Source: Chrysemys picta bellii (taxonomy: Eukaryota). Taken from it: DNA of 64,000 bases. The translations under genes were made by a program, and so were the position numbers. The stretch's first letter is position 1. Each line of letters begins with the position of its first letter. The DNA lies in the NCBI RefSeq assembly GCF_011386835.1, contig NC_088803.1:41168001-41232000 (forward strand), given 5' to 3'. The notes beneath the pieces were generated by a model, which saw only the letters and a list, made by a program, of their open reading frames with translations, was not told the origin of the DNA and ran no database searches. Below, in pieces: positions 35,239 through 48,240 of this stretch.

Positions 35239-35417
35239 AGATATCCTCTCTCCTAGAACTGGAAGGGACCTTGAAAGGTCATTGAGTCCAGCCCCCTGCC
35301 TTCACTAGCAGGACCAAGTACTGATTTTACCCCACATCCCTAAGTGGCCCTCTCTAGGATTGAACTCACAACTCTGGGTTTAGTAGGCCAATGCTCAAAC
35401 CACTGAGCTATCCCTCC
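35239..35417 (-). mobile_element. Tortoise PolIII/SINE
   Basis: Highly similar to 25019-25207; A and B boxes on the minus strand; T-run at the 3' end. Confidence 0.92.
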
Positions 35418-35429
35418 CCCCAGTAAGGT

Positions 35430-35530
35430 TGCTATCCCTAAGTGATTTGCCCTAGGCCACACAGGAGATCTGTGGCAGAGCAGGGACATGGACTCAGATC
35501 TCCCAGGTACCAGGCTAGTACTCTAAGCAC
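35430..35530 (-). mobile_element. MIR fragment
   Basis: taagtgatttgccctaggccacacagga..tgtggcagagcaggg. Confidence 0.5.
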
Positions 35531-36164
35531 TGGTCCTCCTTGGTTCCCTTGCAGAGTATGACTTGCATACTGGCTAAGATCAGGGACTAGGTAAGATTCC
35601 ATTTTCTTGCATCTGTGCACAGCTATAATCAGGTAGCGCAGATCCAGACTTCTCAAGACAAAATTAAACAAGATTTTCTGAGTCAGACAAACATGTTTGT
35701 TTCATAGTTACTGTATATGCTCCTTTGCTGAAAGGTGTTCAGTATTCCTACGGATATGTGATGTCTCTCCTGGTGCTCCAGAGTGCACTGTATAGATAAC
35801 ATTTTTATGGTATATTTGCAGAGCTGTGTAGGAAAGCTTAGACAGTGCTCACCCATGCTATGCCTGACTTTAGTCAGTCCACTTCTGTTAGCACTAAATT
35901 GGCCCACACAAATTTTGTTTAATGTACTGGCGGCCAGACCACATTGTATGTTTTTGGTTACCTTGAGAAAGTCCTCCAAGATCCCTGAAGATCCTTTTCT
36001 TTCCTCCTCAGCCACATTTTTCTTGGTTTTAGTTTTTTTCACAGATACACAGACACACTTGCCCCTGAATCCAAAAACCATAGCTAATATTCCCTTGTCC
36101 AAAGAGTACATCAGTTCTACTCATCAATCAACTAAAGGGCATTCCAGGCCAGGGGTGGAGCATG

Positions 36165-36789
36165 TTCATAGATTATAGATTCATAGATTCTAGGGCTGGA
36201 AGGGACCTGGAGAGGTCATCGAGTCCAGTCCCCTGCCCTCATGGCAGGACAAAATACAGTCTAGACCATCCCTGATAGACATTTATCTAACCCACTCTTA
36301 AATCTCTCCAGAGATGGAGATTCCACAACCTCCCTAGGCAATTTATTCCAGTGTTTAACCACCCTGACAAGAACTTTTTCCTAATGTCCAACCTAGACCC
36401 CCTTGCTGCAGTTTAAGCCCATTGCTTCTTGTTCTATCCTTAGAGGCTAAGATGAACAAGTTTTCTCCCTCCTCCTTATGACACCCTTTTAGATACCTGA
36501 AAACTGCTATCATGTCCCCTCTCAGGTTTCTCTTTTCCAAACTAAACAAACCCAATTCTTTCAGCCTTTCTTCATAGGTCATGTTCTCTAGATCTTTAAT
36601 CATTCTTGTTGCTCTTCTCTGTACCCTCTCCAATTTCTCCACATCTTTCTTGAAATGTGGTGCCCAGAACTGGACACAATACTCCAGTTGAGGCCTAACC
36701 AGCGCAGAGTAGAGCGGAAGAATGACTTCTCGTGTCTTGCTCACAACACACCTGTTAATGCATCCCAGAATCATGTTTGCTTTTTTTGT
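36165..36789 (-). mobile_element. 5'-truncated CR1 LINE with ORF2 C-terminus and 3' UTR
   Basis: Translation KKANMILGCINR..REVILPLYSALVRPQLEYCVQFWAPHFKKDVEKLERVQRRATRMI..EERLKELGLFSLEKR.LRGDMI is typical CR1 ORF2. Terminal (AATCTATG)n-type repeats at 36165-36190. Confidence 0.95.
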
Positions 36790-37559
36790 TATCTTCATAT
36801 AATTCCTAACCTCTTGCCAGAACAAGAAGGAAGAAACTAAAACCCAAAAATTGTCTTCCACCAAACAATACAGAGCACATATTGTTAGCCATTGGTCTGG
36901 CTGATCTATCAGGGCAAAATATGAGTGGATAACGTTGTGTTTTTGCTGTAAAAGCATATGTGGAACCTATTTGTGTGTTCATATGGAATGTGTTGCATAA
37001 GTGTTTCAGGTCTTGCAGTTTCATCTTCCATGTGATGTTGTGTCTGTTCCCAATAGGCACCAAGAGAACACTTCAGGTTGGCTGCTTCTGCATGGAAATA
37101 TTTGCTTGAAATATATTTGTAAGGTCACTCACAACCGGTGCCTTGAAAATCACACAAAAAAACAGAAAGTTTTCACAACTGAAATTAAGTAGGTCAAGAT
37201 TCCACCTAGCCTGTTTGGTAACGTGTTCTACAAGCTAATGAGTTTTTGAGAGAAAAACCACATGTAGGAGGTTGCCCGGGTGCGCATACAACCTCATTAC
37301 AAACCCATGAATAGCAGATATAATCTCTGGGTTTTGTTTTATCTTTACCAAACGATATACTCTTAAAATACCTTACTATACATAGAAACTTTGGGGGATT
37401 TTGCCTTAGGTAAAAGTTATTCTATTAATGTAGTTAGTTGCTATGCTGATTACTGAATGTATCCCTTCATCTTAATGAGTAGGAACATGTGCTTTATGTA
37501 CCTACATAGCATTTGTTTCTTAAAATAAAATAAGAGGGATGGATAAAAGAGACCTGTGG

Positions 37560-38009
37560 TGTCACAGGATGACTGACCCCTTTAAGAGGGAGCAGAGTCA
37601 GTGCACCTGTGATTAGTCAGCTGATCCCAATGGTTTAAAGGGTGGGGGGGTGCAATCTGGGCCTAGAAGAGAGAGATCTGGTGAGTCAGAGCCGGTGAAT
37701 TGCAAGAAGCAGGAGCAGCAGGAAGTTCTGTGGGAGAGGAGGCAGTAGGAACCTGTTGCGGGGGAAAGGGTTCTCCAGGCAGAAAGCCCTCGATGGTGAT
37801 GCTTAGTGAACAGAGCATGGAAGAGTCCTGCAGGAAGCCCTGAAGCAGGAAGGACTGAGAGGTAAAAGGTTAAATTCCCTGGAGCTGAAGCCCAGGGTGG
37901 GCAGAGGAACTGGTTTTGTTCATTTTGCCTACATTGGGAAAATGAAGTTGCCTGAAAAGAGTGTGGCAGTGGATCCTTTGTGAGCAGGGGAGAAGGCCAG
38001 CTTATTACA
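37560..38009 (+). mobile_element. Probable solo LTR (Gypsy-like)
   Basis: Starts TGTCACAGG, ends TTACA; ~450 bp, G-rich block sharply bounded by AT-rich flanks; no TSD found. Confidence 0.5.
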
Positions 38010-40735
38010 AACAGTATATATGATATGATGTTCATACTATAATCATTAAGATTTTGGTGTCTATTCTAGTGGTGACTTGTATGTTGGCTATAAATCATTT
38101 CCCATGATATACTTTTGGCTGGAAGACGAATGGCCAGATTTAAAAAACCGGCCAGTGGTTTTTGTGCTCATAATTTGCAGATAAATGTACATACAGTAAA
38201 TTCTTAATGCAACTTAGGCCATCTTAGGTATCTTACGTACCTGATTTCAGGGCACAATCAGGCACTTAGATAGCTGTGTGGCTTAAAGAGTACCTTAATT
38301 TCAGGTACAGACCTGAGCCTACAAAACTGCAAGAGCTAGTGAAGCTCAGCTAAAGGCCAAGATGAAAATAAAGTCCAGAATGAAAGCATTCTTGTTGCAA
38401 ATTGAAAAACACCGTAAACAATTTAGCCAGCATATTGCTCACTCACTACTGAGTTTTCTGCTTTGCTAAATTTAACCTAGTTTGACTCTGGTTCAATACC
38501 AGTTGGGGGCCATACAGGTTTATGTAATAAAAAATTAAATGCATTAACAGACTTAACACTGTTAAACGTAACAAAATATAGGGCTCTCACAGAACAATAT
38601 GTTTATTACAGTTGATGTATTTTAAGGCTATCTAAAGAAACAGACAAAGGTAAAGTTCCCTGGATATCAGGGAGACTGCAGAGAACAAGCTGAAGCCTGG
38701 GGTTGCCTGGACACACACAGTTTGCATGTTTGCAAACAAGGCATGAGAAAGTCACATGCATGTCAACGCTTGAATGCATTCGACATATTCTTCTGACACC
38801 AGAGCAGAAAAAAGTGAGTGCTTTGTTGCACATCTTATTAGAACTATTACACATTGCAAAGAAAAGAAAACAGAGCATTGGTCAATATTTTTCTTGAATT
38901 TATTCCTAGTGATAGAAGCGCTGTCCAGAAAATTCTAGCTATGTTCAGAGTTCTGCGCTATATCATTGTGCTGCTTGGTAAAGTAAATTAATTCATGAAA
39001 TAACAGACAAGTTTGTTCCTTGAAGCATAGAGTGTTACCAAAGTGGTCAGAGGCCCATTTGAGCATAATTCAAGCCCTTCATGAATAGCCAAAATTTGTG
39101 GTGTTTAGGCTCTGAATCCATTTCTCAAGGTGATGCCCCATCTCATTGCTTCAGGGCATCAGAAACAATCCAACCTCCTATAGGGAATACTCTGCATGCT
39201 CTTGTAATCTTTTAGCCTCTTGTATCTCAAGAAACTACTTGGGTGGATATTTTGTGGCTGACCATTAGAGGTGGGCAAGTCAATATGAGTGGAGCCAGAC
39301 TCTTGCAGAATTCCTGACTCTGACTTGGCTGGATATCTATGAATGAGGATGAGCCAATGAAAATATTCTGGCATTTATTCCTGGTGGTCTAGTGACACTA
39401 TGTATATCATTTCATTAAACATCTTTGTCATATGTGTATATCCAGCTCCTATCGGTTGGTTTTGACTTGCAGAGCACTGCCAGACCATTGGTTCAGTTTA
39501 GACTTTAAGCTTTCAAAGTTCTGGCTCCCCTTATGTTCTAACGAAAACATTTTCTGTTGACTTTTTAAAAACTACACACATTTCACGTAAGGTTTTTGTG
39601 GCACTCTAAAAATGGTTACCTACCAATTTATCCATGGCTGGGTCCTATTCATTTGCTTGGAATGATGTTAGGAAACTGGAACTTTTAAATAGTGAGCATT
39701 GGCCAGAAAGTTCAGTTTCCCCCAACCTGAATACACTCAGGGTAAAATTTCAGTTCTGACTTTGCATGCCTGTTTCCTTTGCCCATGCACCCACATACCT
39801 GCAAGTTCCTCTGTTATATACACATGGAAATGTTCTTAATTACCATTGAGGACAATTATCAATTGCAGCCAAGAAATAGACACGTAAAAGGGAAAGCTGG
39901 TTGAAAATTTGGCCCTCTGAACTTGTTGGCATATTTTTTGAGAAGTATTTTCTCACCATACTGATCCTTAGCAAACTCTTGTACTCGATACCCAGGATAT
40001 GAAATTTAGGGCATGAAAAAATAATTTCTTTTAATGATAATTTAGTGTATATTTTCAAGAGAGAATGGTATAGACCTATTTTCCTACCAGGAAAGCTGGT
40101 GTATTCTTGAATTGCCGAGTCAGGTGAATTGAGGTTACTAGTAAAACAAATGCTTTAAACCTATGTTAAGCTCCATACAACAGAACAGTGTGGGGTTCAG
40201 CTCATTAGCATTTGAGCAAATTTGTTATACTTTTCAGGGCTGTTTTTGGATTGGCCTAAACAGACTAATGCAGTGAATTCCAGATCCTAATGGCACCATT
40301 TATCAAGAGTGCACTTTTTAACATAATGCATAAACCTTTCTCATATGGTAGTTTTACTGTGCATTTAATTCTATTGCAGTTTGGTGCTTGAGGCAGAGGA
40401 AATGAAGAATCTTCTAGGAAAAGGCTCTTAGATTAATCAATAAACCAACAAATAAGTGGGGGGGAGGGGGAGAAGGGGGTTCAGAACATAGCTACTGAAG
40501 GCATTCAGTCTTTGTGGCTTTGGAGATGAAGTGCTTGTTTCTACCAAATTTGGCTTCTATACTAAAAGTAAAGTACAAAATATTGTTTTGGCGTGAACTA
40601 GTTTGAGGGATGTAGAGTTAAATTATCTATCTTTGTATTTTATGGTCCTCCTTACCCTAAGAGCTGAGCATCTTGTACCCTACCACTTTAAAAAAAAATG
40701 ACATAGGATCTAATTTTCCCTGTAGGGAGGTTACT

Positions 40736-40860
40736 TAGATTGTAAGCTCTTTGGGGCAGAGATCATCCTTTTATTTTGTTTGTATTGCATCTAGCACAAT
40801 GGGGTTCTGGTCCATGACTAAGGCTCTTAATGTCCACAATAATATATATAATAAATAACA
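40736..40860 (+). mobile_element. L2-type 3' tail fragment
   Basis: tagattgtaagctctttggggcagag..tctagcacaatgggg..aataatatatataataaataa. Confidence 0.5.
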
Positions 40861-40984
40861 TAATGTCTCATATTTTATATCTACTTTGTGCAATTATACT
40901 ACACCTATCACCATGGTACCCGAGACTCTTTCTCTTCTAAGGATTGAAATCAACTTACTACCACAAGGGTCCTCAAAAAGCTAA

Positions 40985-41170
40985 GTTGTTCAGGCTTATG
41001 CTTCAGCCTGAGGTGGCAGGGCTGGGAGCCCCAGGCTTCAGCCCCACACAGTGGGGCTTCAGTTTTCTGGCCTGGGTCCCAGCAAGTCTAATACTGTCTC
41101 TGCTTGGTGGCCCCCCTAAACCTGCTTGTGTCCCCCCAGGAGACTCCAGGCCCCTGGTTGAGAACCAGTG
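40985..41170. mobile_element. hAT MITE right-end fragment
   Basis: Ends cctggttgagaaccagtg, resembling the TIR at 18679-18693. Confidence 0.55.
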
Positions 41171-41195
41171 ATCTTTTCTATCCCCCTGTGCTGAC

Positions 41196-41258
41196 GCAGG
41201 AATACATTTGTCTAGACCATCCCTGGATGACAGCTGTCCAACTTGTTCTTAAAACCAA
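41196..41258 (-). mobile_element. Small CR1 3' UTR fragment
   Basis: gtctagaccatccctg..ccaacttgttcttaaaacc parallels 36258-36305. Confidence 0.45.
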
Positions 41259-41604
41259 ACCTGTGCAGCATTGGGTCATAATAATGTTTCTCCTCCCGTA
41301 GTATTCATTTTATCCCCAAGCCTGTTCATTGTCCAAAATTATATCTTTGAAGTAATCAGTACTCACAATTCCCCCTGCACCCCTTCCTGGAACTTATTAT
41401 ATATACTGTACTTTGGCAAGGCCTATGGACAGCAGCGAGACTGTAGTAAATCAAATAATCTTTAGAATCTGACATGAATTGACATGAGCCAAGTATTGCA
41501 GAGTTAAAGCTTAAACCAGAGCTGAAGTAAACTATTCTCCCTGCTGGAGAGCTCAGATTTACAAGAGTCCTTTGCAATCACTTTGTACCTCATGTGATTT
41601 TCTC

Positions 41605-41662
41605 TTTCTTTTCTTTTCTTTTCTTTTCTTTTCTTTTCTTTTCTTTTCTTTTCTTTTCTTTT
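41605..41662. repeat. (TTTTC)n pentanucleotide microsatellite
   Basis: Direct read. Confidence 0.97.
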
Positions 41663-41984
41663 AAAAAAGAAAGAGACAAGAGAGCTATTAAAATGTATGC
41701 GGAGAATCCATATTAGCAACAATGCATAAAGGTGCACTAAAGATAGGTGGCTGAAAGTTACAAAGTTTAGAAATGGAATTGTGACATTTACAAATGATGA
41801 AACAAGTTGAAATTTGGTTTTCTTGCATTTTTAAGTGAACTTGAAAATGGCTCCATTTTGCCCCCTGGCTTCTCCACAAAGATAATTGTGTTTTGCAAAA
41901 ATGGCTTAAATAAGTAAGGTGGCTTTGTCTCTCGCTGTGGCCCAAATGATTCAGAGTGAGAGAGAGCATAAGCATGCTCTATAC

Positions 41985-42309
41985 CAGTGTTTCTCAAACT
42001 TGAGACGCCGCTTGTTTAGGGAAAGCCCCTGGCGGGCCGGGCTGGTTTGTTTAACCTGCCGCGTCCACAGGTCCAGCCAATCGCGGCTCCCACTGGCCGC
42101 GGTTCACCGCTCTAGGCCAATAGGAGCTGCTGGAAGCGGCGTGGGTCAAGGGACATACTGGCTGCCGCTTCCAGCAGCTTCCATTGGCCTGGAGCAGCGA
42201 ACCACGGCCACTGGGAGCCGCGATCGGCCGGACCTGTGGACGTGGCAGGTACACAAACCGGCCTGGGGCTTTCCCTGTAGCAGCGGCTGAACAAGTTTGG
42301 AAAACACTG
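41985..42309. mobile_element. hAT-Charlie-type MITE (325 bp)
   Basis: TIRs cagtgtttctcaaact and agtttggaaaacactg; perfect 8-bp TSD CTCTATAC (41977-41984 and 42310-42317), fitting the Charlie NTCTANAN preference. Confidence 0.92.
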
Positions 42310-42319
42310 CTCTATACCA

Positions 42320-42447
42320 TAGTTGTGAGAGCACTCACTCAGGATGTGGGAGACCCAGAATCTAATACCCTGCCCTCCCCTCAGGCAGAGGGGTGACTTG
42401 AACCAGGTGTCTCCCACATTCCTGGGGCGTGCCCTAACCACTGGGCT
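42320..42447. mobile_element. Inverted pair of tRNA-derived SINE-like heads
   Basis: The right arm on the minus strand has A-box-like TAGCCCAGTGG and B-box-like GGTTCAAGTC; the left arm is a degenerate reverse complement (tgtgggagac / gtctcccaca). Confidence 0.5.
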
Positions 42448-42490
42448 AAAAGTTACAAAGGAAATAGTCTTCCTTCTTCCTGGCCTCTCA

Positions 42491-42723
42491 GGGTATGTCT
42501 ACACAGCAATTAAACACCCACAGCTGGCCTGAGTCAACTGACTCTGGCTCAGAGGGTCTGGGCTAAGGGATTGTTTAATTGTGTTGTAGACATTCAGGCT
42601 TAAGCTGCAGCCCAGGCTTGAGGACACTGTGAGGTGGGAGGGTTCCAGAGCTTGGGCTGCAGCCTGAGCCCGAATGTCTACACTGCAATTAAACAGCCCC
42701 AGGGGCCAGCCACAGACATACCC
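42491..42723. mobile_element. Harbinger-type MITE
   Basis: Ends gggtatgtct and agacataccc; 3-bp TSD TCA at 42488-42490 and 42724-42726. Confidence 0.85.
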
Positions 42724-42926
42724 TCACTAACAGTCTAGGTGCTTACTATCAAGAGAGGGTTTACAGCTGAGAATCCCATGCAGAGAGAGGTGCCACCCTG
42801 CAGACTGGATTGAGGCGCCAGACTCCGAGACAAGGGCAGAGCTTAGCACACACCCCTTTAGCTTGGCATTGGCTCATTTAGGCAGCTTCCTGCCTAGCAT
42901 GTTGGCATTTGTGAATCTCAGTCTAA

Positions 42927-43186
42927 GGCTACGTTTACAGTATAGGCGCTGCAACACTATAGTGTACACACTGCCTACATCAACAGAGGGTTTTTTTTCC
43001 CATCAATGTAAGTAATCCACCTCCTCATGTAGTGGTAGGTAGGTAGACAGAAGAATTTTCCCATCAACCTAGTCAAGTTTACACCACGAATCAGGTTGGC
43101 TTAACTACAGGCATTCAAGGATGTGAATTTTCCACACTCTGAATGAAGTAGCTAGGTCAATCTAAATTTTAAGTGTAGACCAGGCC
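42927..43186. mobile_element. Harbinger-type MITE
   Basis: Ends ggctacgtttaca and agtgtagaccaggcc; TAA TSD at 42924-42926 and 43187-43189. Confidence 0.85.
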
Positions 43187-43224
43187 TAAGGTGCCTATCT
43201 CTCCCCATTCATTGCATGGAAGCT

Positions 43225-44337
43225 TCTACATATATTTTATGGAAATATGTTTATGAGTGTGAATATGATGTAACTGGAATATACTTTATGCAAAAGGTCT
43301 CTTGTAAGGTATCAAAACAAAGGTTATAACCTACTGAATATATTTCTCCTATTTGTGTGCATGTATCATTCTTGTATCTGAAACTAGAAATATGAAGTAT
43401 AACTCGGAGGTCCTATTGTAATTATGCAAAGTGTGGGCCATTAATGGTGGTTTAGAATCTTGATGGATCCCATTGACTAGGACAATTGGTTGTAAATTGT
43501 TTATTTACCCGCAAACCTTCCTGTGTACGTGTGGGCCAACCCAGGAAGAATGAAGACTGGGGGTTATACAGTGACCATGTCACATGATACTGGAATCCAT
43601 CTTAATCCTTGTACGTGTGCCAAAGCTATAAAAGGGGGTGGAGCAGGACAAAGAGGGTTGCCAGTCATGAGCAAATCCCTGTTTTCCACCTGAGATTCTG
43701 CTAGAACTAACAAGAACTGTACTGGGGAAAGGATTGGGTCCAGACTGGGAAGGAGTCTAGTCTGTGAAAGAAGCTTATTGGAACATCTCTGAGGGTGAGA
43801 TATTACCTGTAATCAGTTTCTTAGTGTATTAGCCTTAGACTTGCGTGTTTTTGCTTTATTTTGCTTGGTGATGTACTTTGTTCTGTCTGTTATTACTTGA
43901 AACCACTTAAATCCTACTTTTTATACTTAATAAAATCACTTTTGTATATTAATAAAACCAGAGTAAGTGATTAATACCTGGGGGCGCAGAGAGTCGTGCA
44001 TATATCTCTATCAGTGTTATTGAGGGCGGATAATTTATGAATTTACCCTGTATTAGCTTTATACAGAGTAAAACAGATTTATTTGGGGTTTGGATCCAAT
44101 TGGGAACTGGGTGTCTGGGTGCTGGAGATAGGTGACTTGCTGAGCAGTTTTTGGTTAAAGTCTGAAGCTTTGGGGGCGTGGACCAGACCCGGGGTCTGTG
44201 TTGCAGCAGGCTAGCATGTCTGACTCAACAAGACAGGGTTCTGGAAGTCCCAATCTGGCAGGGAAAATGGGCTCAGAGGTAATTTCAGCACATCAGGTGA
44301 CAGTCCCAAGGGGGTCTTTGTGACCGAACCTGTCACA
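43225..44337 (+). mobile_element. Solo LTR (Gypsy/ERV-like, ~1.1 kb; 5' edge uncertain)
   Basis: TATAAAA at 43627-43633, AATAAA at 43929 and 43951, 3' end gaacctgtcaCA; the interrupted flanking repeat resumes at 44338. Confidence 0.8.
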
Positions 44338-47300
44338 GTGCCTAACTCCAGATTTGTGAATCATAGTGATTTTCAGGTGCCTAAAAGTTAGGCATTGTGT
44401 TGCTCAGTGTCACAATACCTAACTCCTTTTGTGCATTCGGGCCTTAACCTCTCCACCCTCCTCTGTAATGTGGAATAATATATAAATAAAGCTAATTGAT
44501 CAGTTTACAGAAAATGTTAATGAATAATTGTGCACTGCTTTGAAAAAATAAAGATCTATAAGTGCTGAGTATTATTAGTTTACTGTATACATACACAGGA
44601 AATGGCAAAATAAAGAGCTAGAAAGGAATGGTAGCTTCTAACATAAATACAATGGACCTGATTTTTGAACAGGTTAGGTACACAAAATGTATGTATAATT
44701 GTGCTCCTAGTTTGTGTGCACAATTATTATGAATGCAGGTCCAAATGAAATTATTTGAATAAATAAACTAATTGAATGAATTAAATAAATAATTTTTCAT
44801 AAGAAAATAACATAAAAGAAGCATTAATTATCTGTACACAGAGCTGCCCAATCTGCGTGTGGAATTGTGGTGACTGTGCACTCAATGGCATGTCTAACTG
44901 GCTTAAAAATCAGACTCAAACAATCTCATAACCCTATAATCCCCAAATATAAGCAACTGACATGCATTTTATGTTCCAGTGTATTAGAAGTGGAAGCATC
45001 AGTTGTTTTTAAATAGAAATACAGCAAATTACTGTATCTGAATCTCAGTCACTTAGCTCCAAACCAAGCTCAGACAAATTATGGCTTATCTGAATGTCTT
45101 CAGATAAAATTTTGGAGAGGATTAACTGTGATATTCTTTGTTCTCTATACTTTAGAGCACTTATGCCGAGGGGGGGGGGGCGGAGGACTGACAACATGGG
45201 CAGGGTTTCATGATAATAAATGTAGTAACAGCTTTAGAGGAGGAAAAACAGCTGCCCATGAGCAAAGTTAGAGTAAGACTTGGAGTTTCTTAACTTATTG
45301 CTGGGTGTGGATTCTTCATCTCTGCACACATGTTGTAGGAAGGGAGAGGCAGCAAGACAGAGGGAATGCTAGCACTGTAGTGCATGGTGAATAAGAATGA
45401 CCCCAAATTCTTTAACTTAACTTGAAAAAAACATAACTTCCATAATTTCATTGATTTTTCTAATCTATGAAACTGTGATTACCCACTTCCCTCCAAAAAC
45501 GTATTCAAAATTATGTATTTGGATTTGTTCAGGGTTTTGTAACATTCAAGGCTAATATACTGGCTTTGGGTAGCATTAATGTCTGGAACCTTCATAAAAG
45601 GGGGGAACTTAGTTTGCCAAGTTTTGGATGCCTTAAAATAAAAAGCAAAAACGAAACAAAAGTAGTGAAATAATTGATTATCCACATATGGGGCCACGTT
45701 TTAGCTGGTAGAAATTGGTAAGCTGTATCCATTTACACCAGCATAGACTATAGCGTGTGATTTCTTCTGTTTTGTTTTTTTTAAATGCTTTTTCAAATGC
45801 TATTTTTAACAAATTCCAGGCATAACCCCCCAAACCCAAACAGCAATTTTATCACATTTTACTCCTAACAATGCAATGCAAATGAAAAGAAGTCATAATA
45901 CTCTGTAGAATAATACATTAATCATCATCAGTCGTCATTCAGTGCACTACGTTCTTTCCATGCCATGCAAACTATGAACAGATATCCTCATGAGAAGGAT
46001 AAATATCTTATCTCATAGTTCACCCAGCTTGGAATACATAATGGGTTGCACTGTGGTTATGTGTTATTTATCATCTTGTGCATGGGACAAGAGGCATGTG
46101 ATCGATGTCTTTTAAACCACAAGAGAGTTATGGAAATGTTTCCCCCTGAAGTGTTGTGGAATAAGGATGTTAGAAGTCCATGTGACCTGAAGATTTTCAC
46201 TGTAGTTAATGAGTTACTTCATTATTTTTCCTTAAGGATAATTAAATTGGAAACCACACTCTATGCTATAGCTTATTTCATATAGTTCAAATTTGATTGG
46301 TAGATTACAAAATATTTTAAAAAATAAGTCTGATAAATATTAATTAAAATAGATTGCACATATAATTGATTACATACCCTGTCACCACCTCCACAGCAAA
46401 AGCATAATCCTGCGAGGTGTTGGTGTCTCTTGCAAGATGCTCAGCAATCTCCTCTAATGGTTAGTACACCTCGCTGAATCAACCCCTGTGTGAATCGATA
46501 GGATCTGCAGCAATTTGGGGGGGAAATACTTCTGTGGAGTCCCATGGGAATAGTAGTTTAGATGTTTCATGGGCCAGGATCTCTAAGGGACCATATCTCC
46601 CAGGATGCACTGCGACCATGTGACTCCCATCATGCACTGTGACATATCATGGTGCATCATGAGAGCTGTAGTTAGAGCCCAATCAAAAGAGGAGAATGGG
46701 GACACAAGGCACCCAAACTATAAACTCCATGAAGCACCAATGCCAGTGTTTCTAAAAGTTTTGGGGTTACAGCCAGACATTCATTTTTTTTCAATTTTTC
46801 ACCAAAAACTTGGAATTTTCCATGCATTATTTTCATTTTTGGTGAAATTTTCCCTGTGCTGATGGTGAGGGGAAATTCTGACCAGATCTAATTCTCACTA
46901 TGCCCAGATTCCCACCATGCAACTCAATACCCACACCATACCTCTCTTACCACCAGTCAAGTGACTTCCTAACCTTTCCTCCTTCTAAACTGGAAACTCT
47001 AATGGGGACCAGAATGTCCAACGGACCAGGACAGTAGAATAGCCCTGAACTATCCTTAACCTCACTGGCCTAATCAAGCTATCAACTGCAAATAGATCCC
47101 CTTCGTACCACACAATTCCCAGCTCCTCCCATGGGGTGAGTTGAGGGTAGGAAGTTACTGTAACTCGCATCCCCTACTCCTGGCAATGTGCCATTGAGGC
47201 CAAGGTGGTAGAATAGGGCTTTAAAAGGGGGGGAAATCAAGGAGAATATGCCCATGGTGATGCCTTCTCCACTTCACAATAATGTATTGCAAAAAAAGGG

Positions 47301-48055
47301 CGGGGGAGCCAATGGGACATGTGCTCCTAAATCATTTAGGCACTTTTGAAAATCCCATCCCTGGAGGAAATCTTCCTCCCAATATTCTAATAACATCATT
47401 TAAATTTGAATCATTTTATCTATCTCATAAATATCTCATACATGTGTGCATGTTTTGTATGCGGACATACAAAATATACTTTATCCTGCATTATAATGTT
47501 TATACCATATCCAATTTTCTATACATCTCTCTCTGAAACAATATGTGCTGTACTTATGTCATTTATTGCTATTTGTTTCTGTATGTGGGTTCCTCTCAAA
47601 GTGCTGCTCTTATAGTGTAGCTCCAGGGCATCCTTGCATACAGTTATGATACATAAAAGAACTGAAAAACACCACTTAAACTGCAGCACCTCATCTGCTC
47701 CCACTGTTTGTTTGTATTTTTCTTTCTGTTGAACTTCATATTCCTTTCATTTGGCAGCATAACATGATCCTACTATAAAGAAATCTAGCACAATTAAGAG
47801 TGAGTCATTCTATTCCAGTAAAATTCTCATGGGATTAAGTGGGAACTCTTCTTAGCTGAGAACCACACGACTCGATCCAAAGCCATTTGTGCAATCACAG
47901 GTTAGCTTTATTAGCTAGATTTTATGAGGGTTTAGAAAGGCCTGGCCATTTAGCCTGATGTTGGGCCAAATCTTAAAGTCCTTCCTTATTTCTTATTCAC
48001 TGAGGATCAGATTCTGATACCCTCTTACGCACACTGAGAAGCACCTGGCTCTTTA

Positions 48056-48240
48056 AGGGAACGTCTACACTGCAAAAAGAAGACCTGCAATAGTCAGTCT
48101 CAGAGCCTGACTCTCACCAAGCTCCAGCCTGAGCCCAAACATCTTCACTGCTACTTTGAGCCTTGTAGCATGAGCCTGAGTCATTTGACCTGGGATCTGA
48201 CACTCACTGTCATGGGTCTCTTTTTTTCCCCACCCCACCC
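48056..48240. mobile_element. Degenerate Harbinger-type MITE
   Basis: gggaacgtctacactgc start; gcctgagccc..acatcttcactgc is shared with 42491-42723. Confidence 0.5.

Noticed and set aside
36790-36957. N-terminal third of the 200-aa ORF 36355-36957
   Set aside because: Chance read-in from flanking DNA; CR1 similarity starts at ~36789 (KKANMILGCI).
37186-37196. ROR/Rev-erb element TAAGTAGGTCA
   Set aside because: A single degenerate 11-mer is expected about once by chance in 128 kb of AT-rich double-stranded sequence; no clustering.
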